Positions 46,275 through 54,847 of a stretch of 56,821 bases of DNA are shown here, in pieces (position 1 is the stretch's first letter; each line of letters opens with the position of its first letter). The position numbers and the translations under genes are program-made. The DNA is from Actinomycetes bacterium (GTDB lineage Bacteria > Actinomycetota > UBA4738), in contig JAJYHN010000203.1 of assembly GCA_021784765.1 (NCBI GenBank), forward strand, positions 1-56,821. The letters are read 5' to 3'. The notes beneath the pieces were generated by a model. It was not told where the DNA came from and made no database searches. It was given only the letters and a program-made list of their open reading frames with translations.

Positions 46275-47000
46275 ATGACGCCGGATCCAGCGCATCGAAG
46301 CGAGGTCTCGGCGGACGTGCGCGCGAGGCGAGGGGGCCGCCGCCCTTATGGATTGCGTGGGGTCCTGCAGGAGTCACGGCTCGATCCGGGCTTCGCCGCC
46401 GAGATCGCGACGATCCCGGGCGGGGACAGGTTGCGCGAATGCATCGAGTGCGGCGCCTGCAGCGCGGTCTGTCCCCTGAGCGCCTACATGGACCACACGC
46501 CTCGGCGACTGATGGCGATGACGCAGGCCGGGTTGAGGGACGAGGTGCTGCGCAGCACGTCGATCTGGGTGTGCGCGTCCTGTTACGCGTGCACCGCCGT
46601 GTGCCCGAAGCAGATCCCGATCACCGAGGTCATGTACGCGTTGAAGCGGATGGCCGTCCGGGAGGGGACGTTCCCGAAGCGTTTCGCGACGCCGGTCCTG
46701 GCACGCGAGTTCGTCGGGTCGGTCGACCGCTGGGGTCGCAACACCGAATCGCGGCTCGCGGCGAGCCTCTACCTGAAGACCCACCCGGGGCTGCTGCTGA
46801 AGGACGGCTGGCTCGCGCAGCGTCTCATGCGACGGGGCCGGATGAGTCTCGTGCGCGAGTCCATCCGGCAGCGGGCCAAGCTCGGGCGGATGTTGCGTGC
46901 GGCCGAGACGTCACCTCCTCGCGCCGTCGTGTCGAGCGCCTCGCCGTCGTCCTCCTCGCGGCCGCGGGCTTCGGCAATCAGCGGGGAGGGACCCCGATGA
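46275..47000 (+). CDS. hdrC: Heterodisulfide reductase subunit C-like (2x[4Fe-4S])
   Basis: CIECGACSAVCP and CASCYACTAVCP motifs. Start is uncertain: ATG 46275, or later GTG/TTG, since GC3 is low over the first approx. 27 codons. ATGA overlap with hdrB. Confidence 0.85.
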   Translation: MTPDPAHRSEVSADVRARRGGRRPYGLRGVLQESRLDPGFAAEIATIPGGDRLRECIECGACSAVCPLSAYMDHTPRRLMAMTQAGLRDEVLRSTSIWVCASCYACTAVCPKQIPITEVMYALKRMAVREGTFPKRFATPVLAREFVGSVDRWGRNTESRLAASLYLKTHPGLLLKDGWLAQRLMRRGRMSLVRESIRQRAKLGRMLRAAETSPPRAVVSSASPSSSSRPRASAISGEGPR

Positions 47001-47908
47001 GATACGCGTACTTCCCCGGCTGCTCCCTGAAGGGCAGCTCGAAGGCGTACGAGGAGTCCCTTCTCGCCGTCTTCGACACCCTGGGCGAGGGCCTCGACGA
47101 GCTGGATGACTGGAATTGCTGCGGGGCCACCGCATACTTCGCGATCGACGAGGCCAAGGCGTATGCGCTCGCTGCCCGCAACCTGGCCCTGGCCGAAGAT
47201 CAGGCCGGGAACGACGCGCCCGTGGATCTCGTGGCTCCCTGCGCCGGCTGCTACATGATGCTGCTGAAGGCGGAGCGCCGCCTGAGCGAACAGCAGTCGA
47301 TTCGAGGGAGGATCGACGGCGCGCTGCAGGCCGGGGGACTCAGCTACCGCGGCCGGGCGCGGGCGCGCCACCCCCTCGACGTGCTGGTGAACGACATCGG
47401 GCTCGAGCGCATCGCCGACGCCGTCACTCGGCCGCTCGGCGGTCTCAGGGTTGCCTGCTACTACGGGTGCCTCCTCGTGCGCCCCCACGCCACCTTCGAC
47501 GACCAGTACAGCCCGACCTCGATGGATCGGCTGATGCGCACGATCGGAGCCGAGCCCGTCGACTGGCCCTTGAAGGTGCGGTGCTGCGGGGGCTCCTGCT
47601 GCGGCGGCCCCCTCGTCGGGACGATCCGGGAAGCCGGCCTGCGGCTCATCCACGACCTGCTGAAGGAGGCGAAGTCGCGCGGGGCGGACGTCCTCGCGAC
47701 GGCCTGCCCGCTGTGCCAGTTCAACCTCGAGTGCTTCCAGGAGCGCGTGACCCGGGAGTTCGGGGAGCCGGTCGAGCTCACCGTCGGCTTCTTCACGCAG
47801 CTTCTCGGACTCGCGCTGGGGCTGGACGAGCGGAGGCTCGGGATCCACCGGATGCTGAGATGGCGGCTGCCGGAGCTTGAGCCCGCGGCGGCCGGGGGGG
47901 CACCGTGA
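46997..47908 (+). CDS. hdrB: Heterodisulfide reductase subunit B-like (two CCG domains)
   Basis: YFPGCSL...WNCCGAT...CAGC and YYGCLL...RCCGG...CPLCQ. SD GGGGAGGG. Confidence 0.9.
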   Translation: MRYAYFPGCSLKGSSKAYEESLLAVFDTLGEGLDELDDWNCCGATAYFAIDEAKAYALAARNLALAEDQAGNDAPVDLVAPCAGCYMMLLKAERRLSEQQSIRGRIDGALQAGGLSYRGRARARHPLDVLVNDIGLERIADAVTRPLGGLRVACYYGCLLVRPHATFDDQYSPTSMDRLMRTIGAEPVDWPLKVRCCGGSCCGGPLVGTIREAGLRLIHDLLKEAKSRGADVLATACPLCQFNLECFQERVTREFGEPVELTVGFFTQLLGLALGLDERRLGIHRMLRWRLPELEPAAAGGAP

Positions 47909-50900
47909 GGGCTGACGGCGACGGGTCGGCGACGCAGGAGCAGCCGCCGGATGGGGTGCCGAAGATCGGCGTCTACGTCTGCCACTGCGGCCTGAACATC
48001 GCCGGAAAGGTGGACGTCGAACGCGTCGTCGAGTTCGCCGCCACGCTCCCGGGCGTCACCGTCGCGCGCGACTACACGTTCATGTGCTCGGATCCGGGCC
48101 AGGGCCTGATCGAGCGGGACATCCGCGAGGGCCTGGTGAACCGCGTCGTCGTCGCGTCGTGCTCGCCGCTCATGCACGAGGTGACCTTTCGGCGCGCGAC
48201 GGCGGCCGGCGGGATCAGTCCCTTCTACTTTCAGATGGCCAGCATCCGCGAGCACGTCAGCTGGGTCACGGACGACAGCGAGGATGCGACCGCGAAGGCG
48301 AAGGCGCTCGTCGCCGGGGCGGTGCGCCGCGTTGCGGCCAACGAACTCCTCGACCGGCGCGAGGTTCCGGTGCACCCGGACGTGCTCGTCGTCGGCGGCG
48401 GGATCGCCGGGATCCACGCAGCGCTGACGCTGGCCGGGGCCGGGAAGCGCGTCTACCTGGTGGAGCGGGAGCCTTCCATCGGCGGCCACATGGCGCAGTT
48501 CGACAAGACCTTCCCGACGCTCGACTGCGCCGCCTGCATCCTCACCCCGAAGATGGTGCAGGTCGGCCAGCACCCCTCGATCGAGCTCCTCACCTACAGC
48601 GAGGTCGAGGAGGTTTCGGGGTACGTCGGCAACTTCACGGTCAAGGTACGCAGGAAGCCCCGCTACATCGACGCGGACCTCTGCAACGGCTGCGGCCTCT
48701 GCGTCGAGACGTGCTCCTGGCGGGGGGTCCCTTCGGAGTTCGACGAAGGCTTGGGCACCCGGCCCGTCGTCTACATGTCCTTCCCTCAGGCGGTGCCGCG
48801 CCTGCCGGTCATCGACCGCGCGGGCACCTCGCCGTGCACGTTCAACTGTCCGGCCGGGATCAAGGCCCACGGCTACGTGTCGCTCGTCCGGGGCGGCCGG
48901 TACGAGGAGGCCTTCAACCTCGTGCGGCAGGCGACCCCCCTGGTCGGAAGCCTGGGCTATGCCTGCTACGCGCCCTGCGAGGACGCCTGCTCACGGGGAC
49001 GCCTGGAGGGGGCGCTGCCCATCCGCAGGCTGAAGCGCTTCGTCGCCGACACCCTCTACGGGGTCGGTCCCGCCCCGGCGCCGACACCCGCCGAGCCGAC
49101 CGGCAAGCGGGTCGCCGTGATCGGCTCGGGGCCGGCCGGGCTGACCGCCGCCTGGCAGCTCGCCGTCAGGGGACATCAGGTCACGATCTTCGAGGCCGCG
49201 CCGGAGCCGGGCGGGATGCTGCGCGTGGCGATCCCCGCCTACCGGCTGCCCACCCCGATCGTGGACGCCGACATCGAGAGCGTCACCGCCCTCGGGGTCG
49301 AGATCGTGACCTCCACTCGCGTGGAGGATCTCGAGGAGCTGCGCCGGCTCGGCTACGACGCCATCCTGGTGGCCACGGGCACGCATCGCTCGGTGAGGTT
49401 GGGGGTGGAGGGCGAGGAGCTGCCCGGGGTTCTCACCGCGCTCGATTTCCTGCGGTCGGTCAAGCTCGGAGAGCCGGTCGATCTGCGGGGCAAGGTCGTG
49501 GCGGTCGTCGGCGGGGGCAACGTGGCGATCGACGCCGCGCGCAGCGCGCTCCGACTGGCCGCGACCGGGGTCCACCTGGTGAGCCTGGAGGCCCGGCAGG
49601 AGATGCCGGCCTACTCCTGGGAGGTGGACGAGGCGGTCGCCGAAGGGGTGCTCCTGCACAACTCCTGGGGGGTGCTCCGGTTCGACGGCGAGGGGAGCGT
49701 GCGCCGGGTGGAGCTCAAGCGGTGCACTGCCGTGTTCGACGCGCAGGGCCGGTTCAACCCCCAGTACGACGAGAGCGTCGTGCAGGACCTCGACTGCGGC
49801 GCGGTGATCGCCGCCGTGGGCATGACCGCCGACGCCGGCGGGTTCGCTCCGCCCCTTCTCACCGGTCGGGCCGGGACCATCGAGGCGGACCCCGAGACGC
49901 TGCAGACCCCGCTCGCCCACGTCTTCGTGGCGGGCGACGTGGTCACCGGCCCATCGACCATCGCCCAGGCCGCCGGGCAGGGGCGGCGGGCCGCCTTCAT
50001 GATCGATCGCTACCTCGCGGGGCGCGAGCTGGACGCGGCCGAGTTCGCCAGGGTCCTGCCGGCCGTGGACGCTGCCGAGGTGCTCGCCCGGCCGCGGAGC
50101 CCGGGCCGCCGGGAGCCGCTGGCGCCGGCCAGCCGGGTCGTCGCGGCGCCGAGCGACTTCGCGCCCACCGAGCCGCCGCTCGGCGAGGAGGAGGCGCGCT
50201 CCAGCGCCGAGCGCTGCCTCGACTGCGGCGTCTGCTCGGAGTGCGGGCAGTGCGTCGCCGTCTGCCCGACCCACGCGGTGGACCTCCAGATGCCCGAGCG
50301 GGAGGTGGAGCTGCAGGTGGGCACGATCATCGTGGCCACCGGCTACAAGCCCTTCGATGCCGCCCGCATCCCCGAGTACGGCTACGGCAGGTACCCGAAC
50401 GTCTACACGAGCCTCGAGGTCGAGCGACTCGCCAACGCCTCGGGCCCCACCCAGGGCGAGATCGTCATGCGGGACGGGCGGCGCCCGGGCTCGGTCGGGA
50501 TCATCCACTGCGTCGGATCGCGGGACGCCCGGTTCAACGCCTACTGCTCCCGCGTGTGCTGCATGTACTCCCTGAAGCTCGCCCACCTGATCAAGGAGCG
50601 GTCCGGAGCCGAGGTCTACAACTTCTACATCGACATGCGCACTCCGGGGAAGGGCTACGAGGAGTTCTACACGAGGATCCTGAAGGAGGGGATGCACCTC
50701 ATCCGCGGGCGCGTGGCGGAGGTGACCGACTGGGCGGCGGTGCCGGAGGAAGAGGGCAAGCTCGTCGTCCAGGTGGAGGACACGCTGGTCGGGGCCGTGC
50801 GACGGATCCCACTGGACATGGTGGTGCTCGCGGTGGGCCTGGAGCCGCAGTCCGATGCCGAGAGCGTCCGCCGAACCTTCAACATCAGCTGCGGCACCGA

Positions 50901-51312
50901 GGGATTCTTCACCGAGCGGCACCCGAAGCTCGCCCCGGTGTCCACGTTCACCGACGGGGTGTTCCTGGCGGGCGCGTGCCAGGGCCCGAAGGACATACCC
51001 GACAGCGTGGCGCAGGCGGGCGCCGCCGCCGCGGAGGCGCTGGTCCTGGTCGATCGCGGCGCCGTCGAACTGGAGCCGAGCACCGCCTTCATCGACCCGG
51101 CCGCCTGCTCGGGCTGCCGCACGTGCGTGGGGCTCTGCCCGTTCAACGCGATCACCTTCGACGCCGAGCGGGGCGTGGCGACCGTGAACGAGGTCCTCTG
51201 CAAGGGATGTGGGACCTGTGTCGCGGCCTGCCCGTCAGGGGCCGCGCAGCAGCACCTGTTCACTGACGCGCAGATCCTCGCCGAGATCGAGGGGGTGTTG
51301 GCGCGTGCCTGA
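47905..51312 (+). CDS. hdrA: HdrA-like flavoprotein with nested NfnB/GltD-type NAD(P)H:FAD oxidoreductase module (1135 aa)
   Basis: HdrA N-domain (VYVCHCGLNIAG), FAD site VLVVGGGIAGI...LDCAACILTP, YCSRVCCMYSLK, and a C-terminal 2x CxxCxxCxxxCP. Residues approx. 305-770 match GltD/NfnB (CPAGI...CYAPCEDACSRG, VAVIGSGPAGL, VVGGGNVAIDAAR, VFVAGDVV). Confidence 0.9.
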   Translation: MRADGDGSATQEQPPDGVPKIGVYVCHCGLNIAGKVDVERVVEFAATLPGVTVARDYTFMCSDPGQGLIERDIREGLVNRVVVASCSPLMHEVTFRRATAAGGISPFYFQMASIREHVSWVTDDSEDATAKAKALVAGAVRRVAANELLDRREVPVHPDVLVVGGGIAGIHAALTLAGAGKRVYLVEREPSIGGHMAQFDKTFPTLDCAACILTPKMVQVGQHPSIELLTYSEVEEVSGYVGNFTVKVRRKPRYIDADLCNGCGLCVETCSWRGVPSEFDEGLGTRPVVYMSFPQAVPRLPVIDRAGTSPCTFNCPAGIKAHGYVSLVRGGRYEEAFNLVRQATPLVGSLGYACYAPCEDACSRGRLEGALPIRRLKRFVADTLYGVGPAPAPTPAEPTGKRVAVIGSGPAGLTAAWQLAVRGHQVTIFEAAPEPGGMLRVAIPAYRLPTPIVDADIESVTALGVEIVTSTRVEDLEELRRLGYDAILVATGTHRSVRLGVEGEELPGVLTALDFLRSVKLGEPVDLRGKVVAVVGGGNVAIDAARSALRLAATGVHLVSLEARQEMPAYSWEVDEAVAEGVLLHNSWGVLRFDGEGSVRRVELKRCTAVFDAQGRFNPQYDESVVQDLDCGAVIAAVGMTADAGGFAPPLLTGRAGTIEADPETLQTPLAHVFVAGDVVTGPSTIAQAAGQGRRAAFMIDRYLAGRELDAAEFARVLPAVDAAEVLARPRSPGRREPLAPASRVVAAPSDFAPTEPPLGEEEARSSAERCLDCGVCSECGQCVAVCPTHAVDLQMPEREVELQVGTIIVATGYKPFDAARIPEYGYGRYPNVYTSLEVERLANASGPTQGEIVMRDGRRPGSVGIIHCVGSRDARFNAYCSRVCCMYSLKLAHLIKERSGAEVYNFYIDMRTPGKGYEEFYTRILKEGMHLIRGRVAEVTDWAAVPEEEGKLVVQVEDTLVGAVRRIPLDMVVLAVGLEPQSDAESVRRTFNISCGTEGFFTERHPKLAPVSTFTDGVFLAGACQGPKDIPDSVAQAGAAAAEALVLVDRGAVELEPSTAFIDPAACSGCRTCVGLCPFNAITFDAERGVATVNEVLCKGCGTCVAACPSGAAQQHLFTDAQILAEIEGVLARA

Positions 51313-51829
51313 GGCCGAGCTCGAGCGCCGCTTCGACCCCAGGATCGTGGCCTTCTTCTGCAACTGGTGCACCTACACGGCGGCCGACCTTGCCGGGATC
51401 TCCCGGATGGAGTACCCACCTGGGGTGCGCATCGTCCGCCTGATGTGCTCGGGCCGGGTAGACCCCCAGTTCGTTCTCGCCGCCTTCCGGCACGGCGCCG
51501 ACGGCGTCCTCATCGGCGGATGCCACCCCGGCGACTGTCACTACCAAGAGGGCAACTACAAGGCCCGCCGCCGCTTCGAGCTGCTGCGGATGCTCCTGCG
51601 GGACATGGGCATCGAGGGGGAGCGGCTGCGCCTGGAGTGGATCTCGGCGTCCGAGGGCGACAAGGTGGCGCGCGTGTGCAACGAGATGACCGAGCAGATC
51701 CGAGCGCTCGGGCCGCTCAGGCTCCGTGCGGCGCCGCCGCGCGCCGGGCGTCCGTCGGCGCGCGAGGCGGCCGGAGAGGGCGCGGGGGAGCCGGTGGTGG
51801 AGGAGCCGGTGGGGGAGGCGGCCCGATGA
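51305..51829 (+). CDS. mvhD: MvhD-like [2Fe-2S] hydrogenase delta subunit
   Basis: IVAFFCNWCTYTAADLAG...LMCSGRV...GCHPGDCHY. GTG at 51305 overlaps hdrA by 8 nt. Confidence 0.9.
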   Translation: MPEAELERRFDPRIVAFFCNWCTYTAADLAGISRMEYPPGVRIVRLMCSGRVDPQFVLAAFRHGADGVLIGGCHPGDCHYQEGNYKARRRFELLRMLLRDMGIEGERLRLEWISASEGDKVARVCNEMTEQIRALGPLRLRAAPPRAGRPSAREAAGEGAGEPVVEEPVGEAAR

Positions 51830-52818
51830 GCAAGCCGAAGGTCGCGTTCTACTGGGGGGCCTCGTGCGGGGGCTGCGAGGAGGCCGTGGTCGACCTGGCC
51901 GAGGACCTGCTCTCGGTCGTGGAGCGGGTGGACATCGCCTTCTGGCCGGTGGCCCTCGACTTCAAGCGGGCCGATGTGGAGGCGCTGGCCGACGGCGAGC
52001 TGGCCGCGTCGTTCATCAACGGCTCGGTCCGCACGTCCGAGCAGGCGGAGATGGCCGAGCTCCTGCGCCGCAAGTCGCAGGTGGTCATCGCCTTCGGAAG
52101 CTGCGCCCAGCTCGGCGGAGTCCCCGGGCTCGCGAACCTCCACAGCCGCGAGGCGATCCTGGAGTGCGTCTACCAGGAGGCGCCCAGCCTGGTCAACGAG
52201 GAGCGCACCGTCCCCCAGCTGGCGACCCACGTCCCCGAGGGTCGGGTGACGCTCCCGAGCCTCCTGGACTCGGTGCGCACCCTGGACCAGACCATCGAGG
52301 TCGACTACTACCTGCCCGGCTGTCCCCCGCCCGTGCCCCTCATCGGCGCGGCCGTCACGGCCCTGGTGGAGGGGAAGCTGCCTGCGAGGGGAGCGGTGCT
52401 CGCCCCGGACGTCGCGCTGTGCGCGGAGTGCCCGCGCTCGGCGACCAAGCCGGAGAGGCTGCTCGTGAAGGGCTTCCACCGGACGCACGAGGTGGTGGCC
52501 GACCCCGAAGTGTGCCTGCTCGCCCAGGGCCTGCTGTGCCTCGGCCCGGCGACCCGGGGCGGCTGCGGCGCGAGCTGCATCGGGGGGAACATGCCGTGCA
52601 CCGGCTGCATGGGCCCAACCAGCAGGGTCCTCGACTACGGCGCCAAGGCGCTGTCCGCGATCGGTTCGCTGCTGGACTCCAACGACGAGGAGGAGATCGC
52701 CGCCCTCGCCGGCGAGATCGTCGACCCCGTCGGCACGTTCTACCGCTACAGCCTGCCGGCATCCCTGCTGCACCGCCGCGCGGAGCCGGCCTCGCGGGCG
52801 GGAGGCTCCTCATCATGA
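51826..52818 (+). CDS. mvhG: [NiFe] hydrogenase small subunit, MvhG-like
   Basis: ASCGGCEEAV, GSCAQLGGVPG, LPGCPP and a CIGGNMPCTGCMGP cluster of Cys motifs. ATGA overlap with mvhD. Confidence 0.9.
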   Translation: MSKPKVAFYWGASCGGCEEAVVDLAEDLLSVVERVDIAFWPVALDFKRADVEALADGELAASFINGSVRTSEQAEMAELLRRKSQVVIAFGSCAQLGGVPGLANLHSREAILECVYQEAPSLVNEERTVPQLATHVPEGRVTLPSLLDSVRTLDQTIEVDYYLPGCPPPVPLIGAAVTALVEGKLPARGAVLAPDVALCAECPRSATKPERLLVKGFHRTHEVVADPEVCLLAQGLLCLGPATRGGCGASCIGGNMPCTGCMGPTSRVLDYGAKALSAIGSLLDSNDEEEIAALAGEIVDPVGTFYRYSLPASLLHRRAEPASRAGGSSS

Positions 52819-54278
52819 GCCGCGAGATCGTCATCGACCCAATCACCCGGCTGGAAGGCCACGGCAAGATCCACGTCTTCCTCGACGACGCCGGCGATGT
52901 CGACCGCGCATATCTCCAGATCCCGGAGCTCAGGGGATTCGAGAAGTTCGCCCAGGGACGCCGCGCTGAGGACATGCCGCAGATCACGTCGCGCATCTGC
53001 GGGGTTTGCCCGATGGCACACCACATGGCCGCAACGAAGGCCCTGGACGACCTGTTCAAGGTCGACCCCCCGGCGGCCGCGAAGAAGATCCGGGAGCTCG
53101 TCTACAGCGCGTTCATGTTCGAGGATCATGCGCTCCACTTCTTCTTCCTGGGCGGGCCCGACTTCCTCGTCGGCCCGGCGGCGCCGAAGGCCGAGCGGAA
53201 CATCCTGGGCGTCATCGGCAGGGTCGGGCTGGAAGTCGGCAAGGAGGTCATCGGGGTTCGTCAGCAGCTCCGCGCGCTGATCGGGCAGACCGCGGGCAAG
53301 GTCATCCACCCCGTGTTCGGGCTCCCGGGCGGCCTGTCGCGCCCGCTCGACCCCGAGCTCCAGCAGGAGTTCGCCGCCGCGGCGGCCCGAGCGGTGGAGT
53401 TCGGCAAGTTCGCTCTCGGCGTGTTCCGGGACGTCGTCCTCCGCACGCCCGAGTTCGTCGAGATGGTCACCGCGGAGGCCTACACGCACCGCACGTACTG
53501 CATGGGCCTGGTGGATCAGGCGGACAAGGTGACCTTCTACGAGGGGACGCTCCGGGTGGTGGACCCCGAGGGCCGGGAGTTCCTCCGCTGCGATCCCAGG
53601 GAGTACCTGGCCCACATCGCGGAGCACGTGGAGCCGTGGAGCTACATGAAGTTCACGTTCCTCAAGGAAGTCGGGTGGAAGGGGTTCACCGACGGGATGG
53701 AGAGCGGTGTCTACAGCGTCGCGCCGTTGGCACGGCTGAATGCCTCCGAAGGGATGGCCACCTCCTTCGCGGAGGAGGCCTACGAGGAGTTGGTCTCGAC
53801 CCTGGGCGGCAAGCCCGTGCACCACACCCTCGCCAACCACTGGGCCCGGATCATCGAGCTGGTGTACGCCGCGGAGCGGATGGCCGAGCTCGCGGCCGAT
53901 CCGGAGATCCTGGACTCCCAGGTCCGCACGCTGCCGACGGCCGTGCCGGTGGAGGGGATCGGTGTGGTCGAGGCGCCGCGGGGGACGCTGATCCACCACT
54001 ACTGCACCGACTCCCGAGGGCTCATCACCAGGGCCAACCTCATCGTGGCAACCCAGAACAACGCGGCCCGGATCGCGATGTCGGTGGACAAGGCCGCCCG
54101 CGCCCTGATCAAGGGCGGCGAGGTCGACGACGCTCTCCTGAACCAGGTCGAGATGGCCTTCCGCGCGTACGACCCGTGCCTCGGTTGCGCCACCCACAGC
54201 CTGCCCGGGCAGATGCCGCTCATCATCGCGATCCACGATCCAGGGGGCGGGGTCGTGCGGGAGATCCGTCGGGACTGA
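52815..54278 (+). CDS. mvhA: [NiFe] hydrogenase large subunit, MvhA-like (group 3-type)
   Basis: RLEGHG, the L1 motif RICGVCPMAHH and the L2 motif DPCLGCATH, followed by a 26-aa C-terminal extension. ATGA overlap with mvhG. Confidence 0.92.
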   Translation: MSREIVIDPITRLEGHGKIHVFLDDAGDVDRAYLQIPELRGFEKFAQGRRAEDMPQITSRICGVCPMAHHMAATKALDDLFKVDPPAAAKKIRELVYSAFMFEDHALHFFFLGGPDFLVGPAAPKAERNILGVIGRVGLEVGKEVIGVRQQLRALIGQTAGKVIHPVFGLPGGLSRPLDPELQQEFAAAAARAVEFGKFALGVFRDVVLRTPEFVEMVTAEAYTHRTYCMGLVDQADKVTFYEGTLRVVDPEGREFLRCDPREYLAHIAEHVEPWSYMKFTFLKEVGWKGFTDGMESGVYSVAPLARLNASEGMATSFAEEAYEELVSTLGGKPVHHTLANHWARIIELVYAAERMAELAADPEILDSQVRTLPTAVPVEGIGVVEAPRGTLIHHYCTDSRGLITRANLIVATQNNAARIAMSVDKAARALIKGGEVDDALLNQVEMAFRAYDPCLGCATHSLPGQMPLIIAIHDPGGGVVREIRRD

Positions 54279-54280
54279 CG

Positions 54281-54847
54281 ATGCGCACGCTGATTCTCGG
54301 GCTGGGGAACGAGCTGGCCGGCGACGACGCCGCGGGACTGCTGGTGGCCCGGGCACTGCGGGAGGAGCTGGCCGGTCGGGCCGACGTGGTGGAGAGTTCG
54401 CTGTCGGGCCTCGCTCTACTGGAGATCTTCGTGGGGTACGACCGCGCCGTCGTCGTCGATTCGGTTCGGACCGGCAGAAACCCTCCTGGCACGATCACGG
54501 AGCTGGCGCTGGCCGATGTCGGACGGGTGTCGGCGCCGAGCCTCCATCACACGGGGCTCCCTGAGGTGGCCGCCATGGCCGAGCGGCTCGGGCTGCGGTT
54601 CCCCGCCGAGACTCGGGTTCTCGCCCTCGAGGTCGTGGATCCCTACACCATCGGGGCGGAACTGAGCGAGCCGGTCGCGGCCACGCTCGGCCCGCTCGCT
54701 CGAAGGGTTCGCGACCAGGTCGAGCGCTGGGCGGAGCAGGACGGTGCTCGGGCCCGACGGCGGGCCGACGGCACGCGAAGGATCGGGGCACGCGGGGAAC
54801 GGTCGTGCACGACTACGGCGCCGTCCGAACCCTCGTCGAGCGGCTGA
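54281..54847 (+). CDS. Hydrogenase maturation endopeptidase (HycI/HybD/FrhD family)
   Basis: ILGLGNELAGDDAAG, VVVDSV, SLHHTG. Starts 2 nt after the mvhA stop. Confidence 0.85.
   Translation: MRTLILGLGNELAGDDAAGLLVARALREELAGRADVVESSLSGLALLEIFVGYDRAVVVDSVRTGRNPPGTITELALADVGRVSAPSLHHTGLPEVAAMAERLGLRFPAETRVLALEVVDPYTIGAELSEPVAATLGPLARRVRDQVERWAEQDGARARRRADGTRRIGARGERSCTTTAPSEPSSSG

Noticed and set aside
48084-51266. 1060-aa plus-strand ORF in an alternative frame of hdrA
   Set aside because: It is Arg/Gly/Ala-rich noise, whereas the 47905-51312 frame carries every HdrA/GltD motif. The 8188-9867 upstream portion of the gabT track ORF and the 45873-46274 extension of hdrC were rejected for the same reason.
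46275-54278. Selenocysteine (in-frame TGA) recoding in hdrA or the mvh genes
   Set aside because: All six ORFs are uninterrupted. The positions where Sec could be expected carry Cys, and no internal TGA is present.
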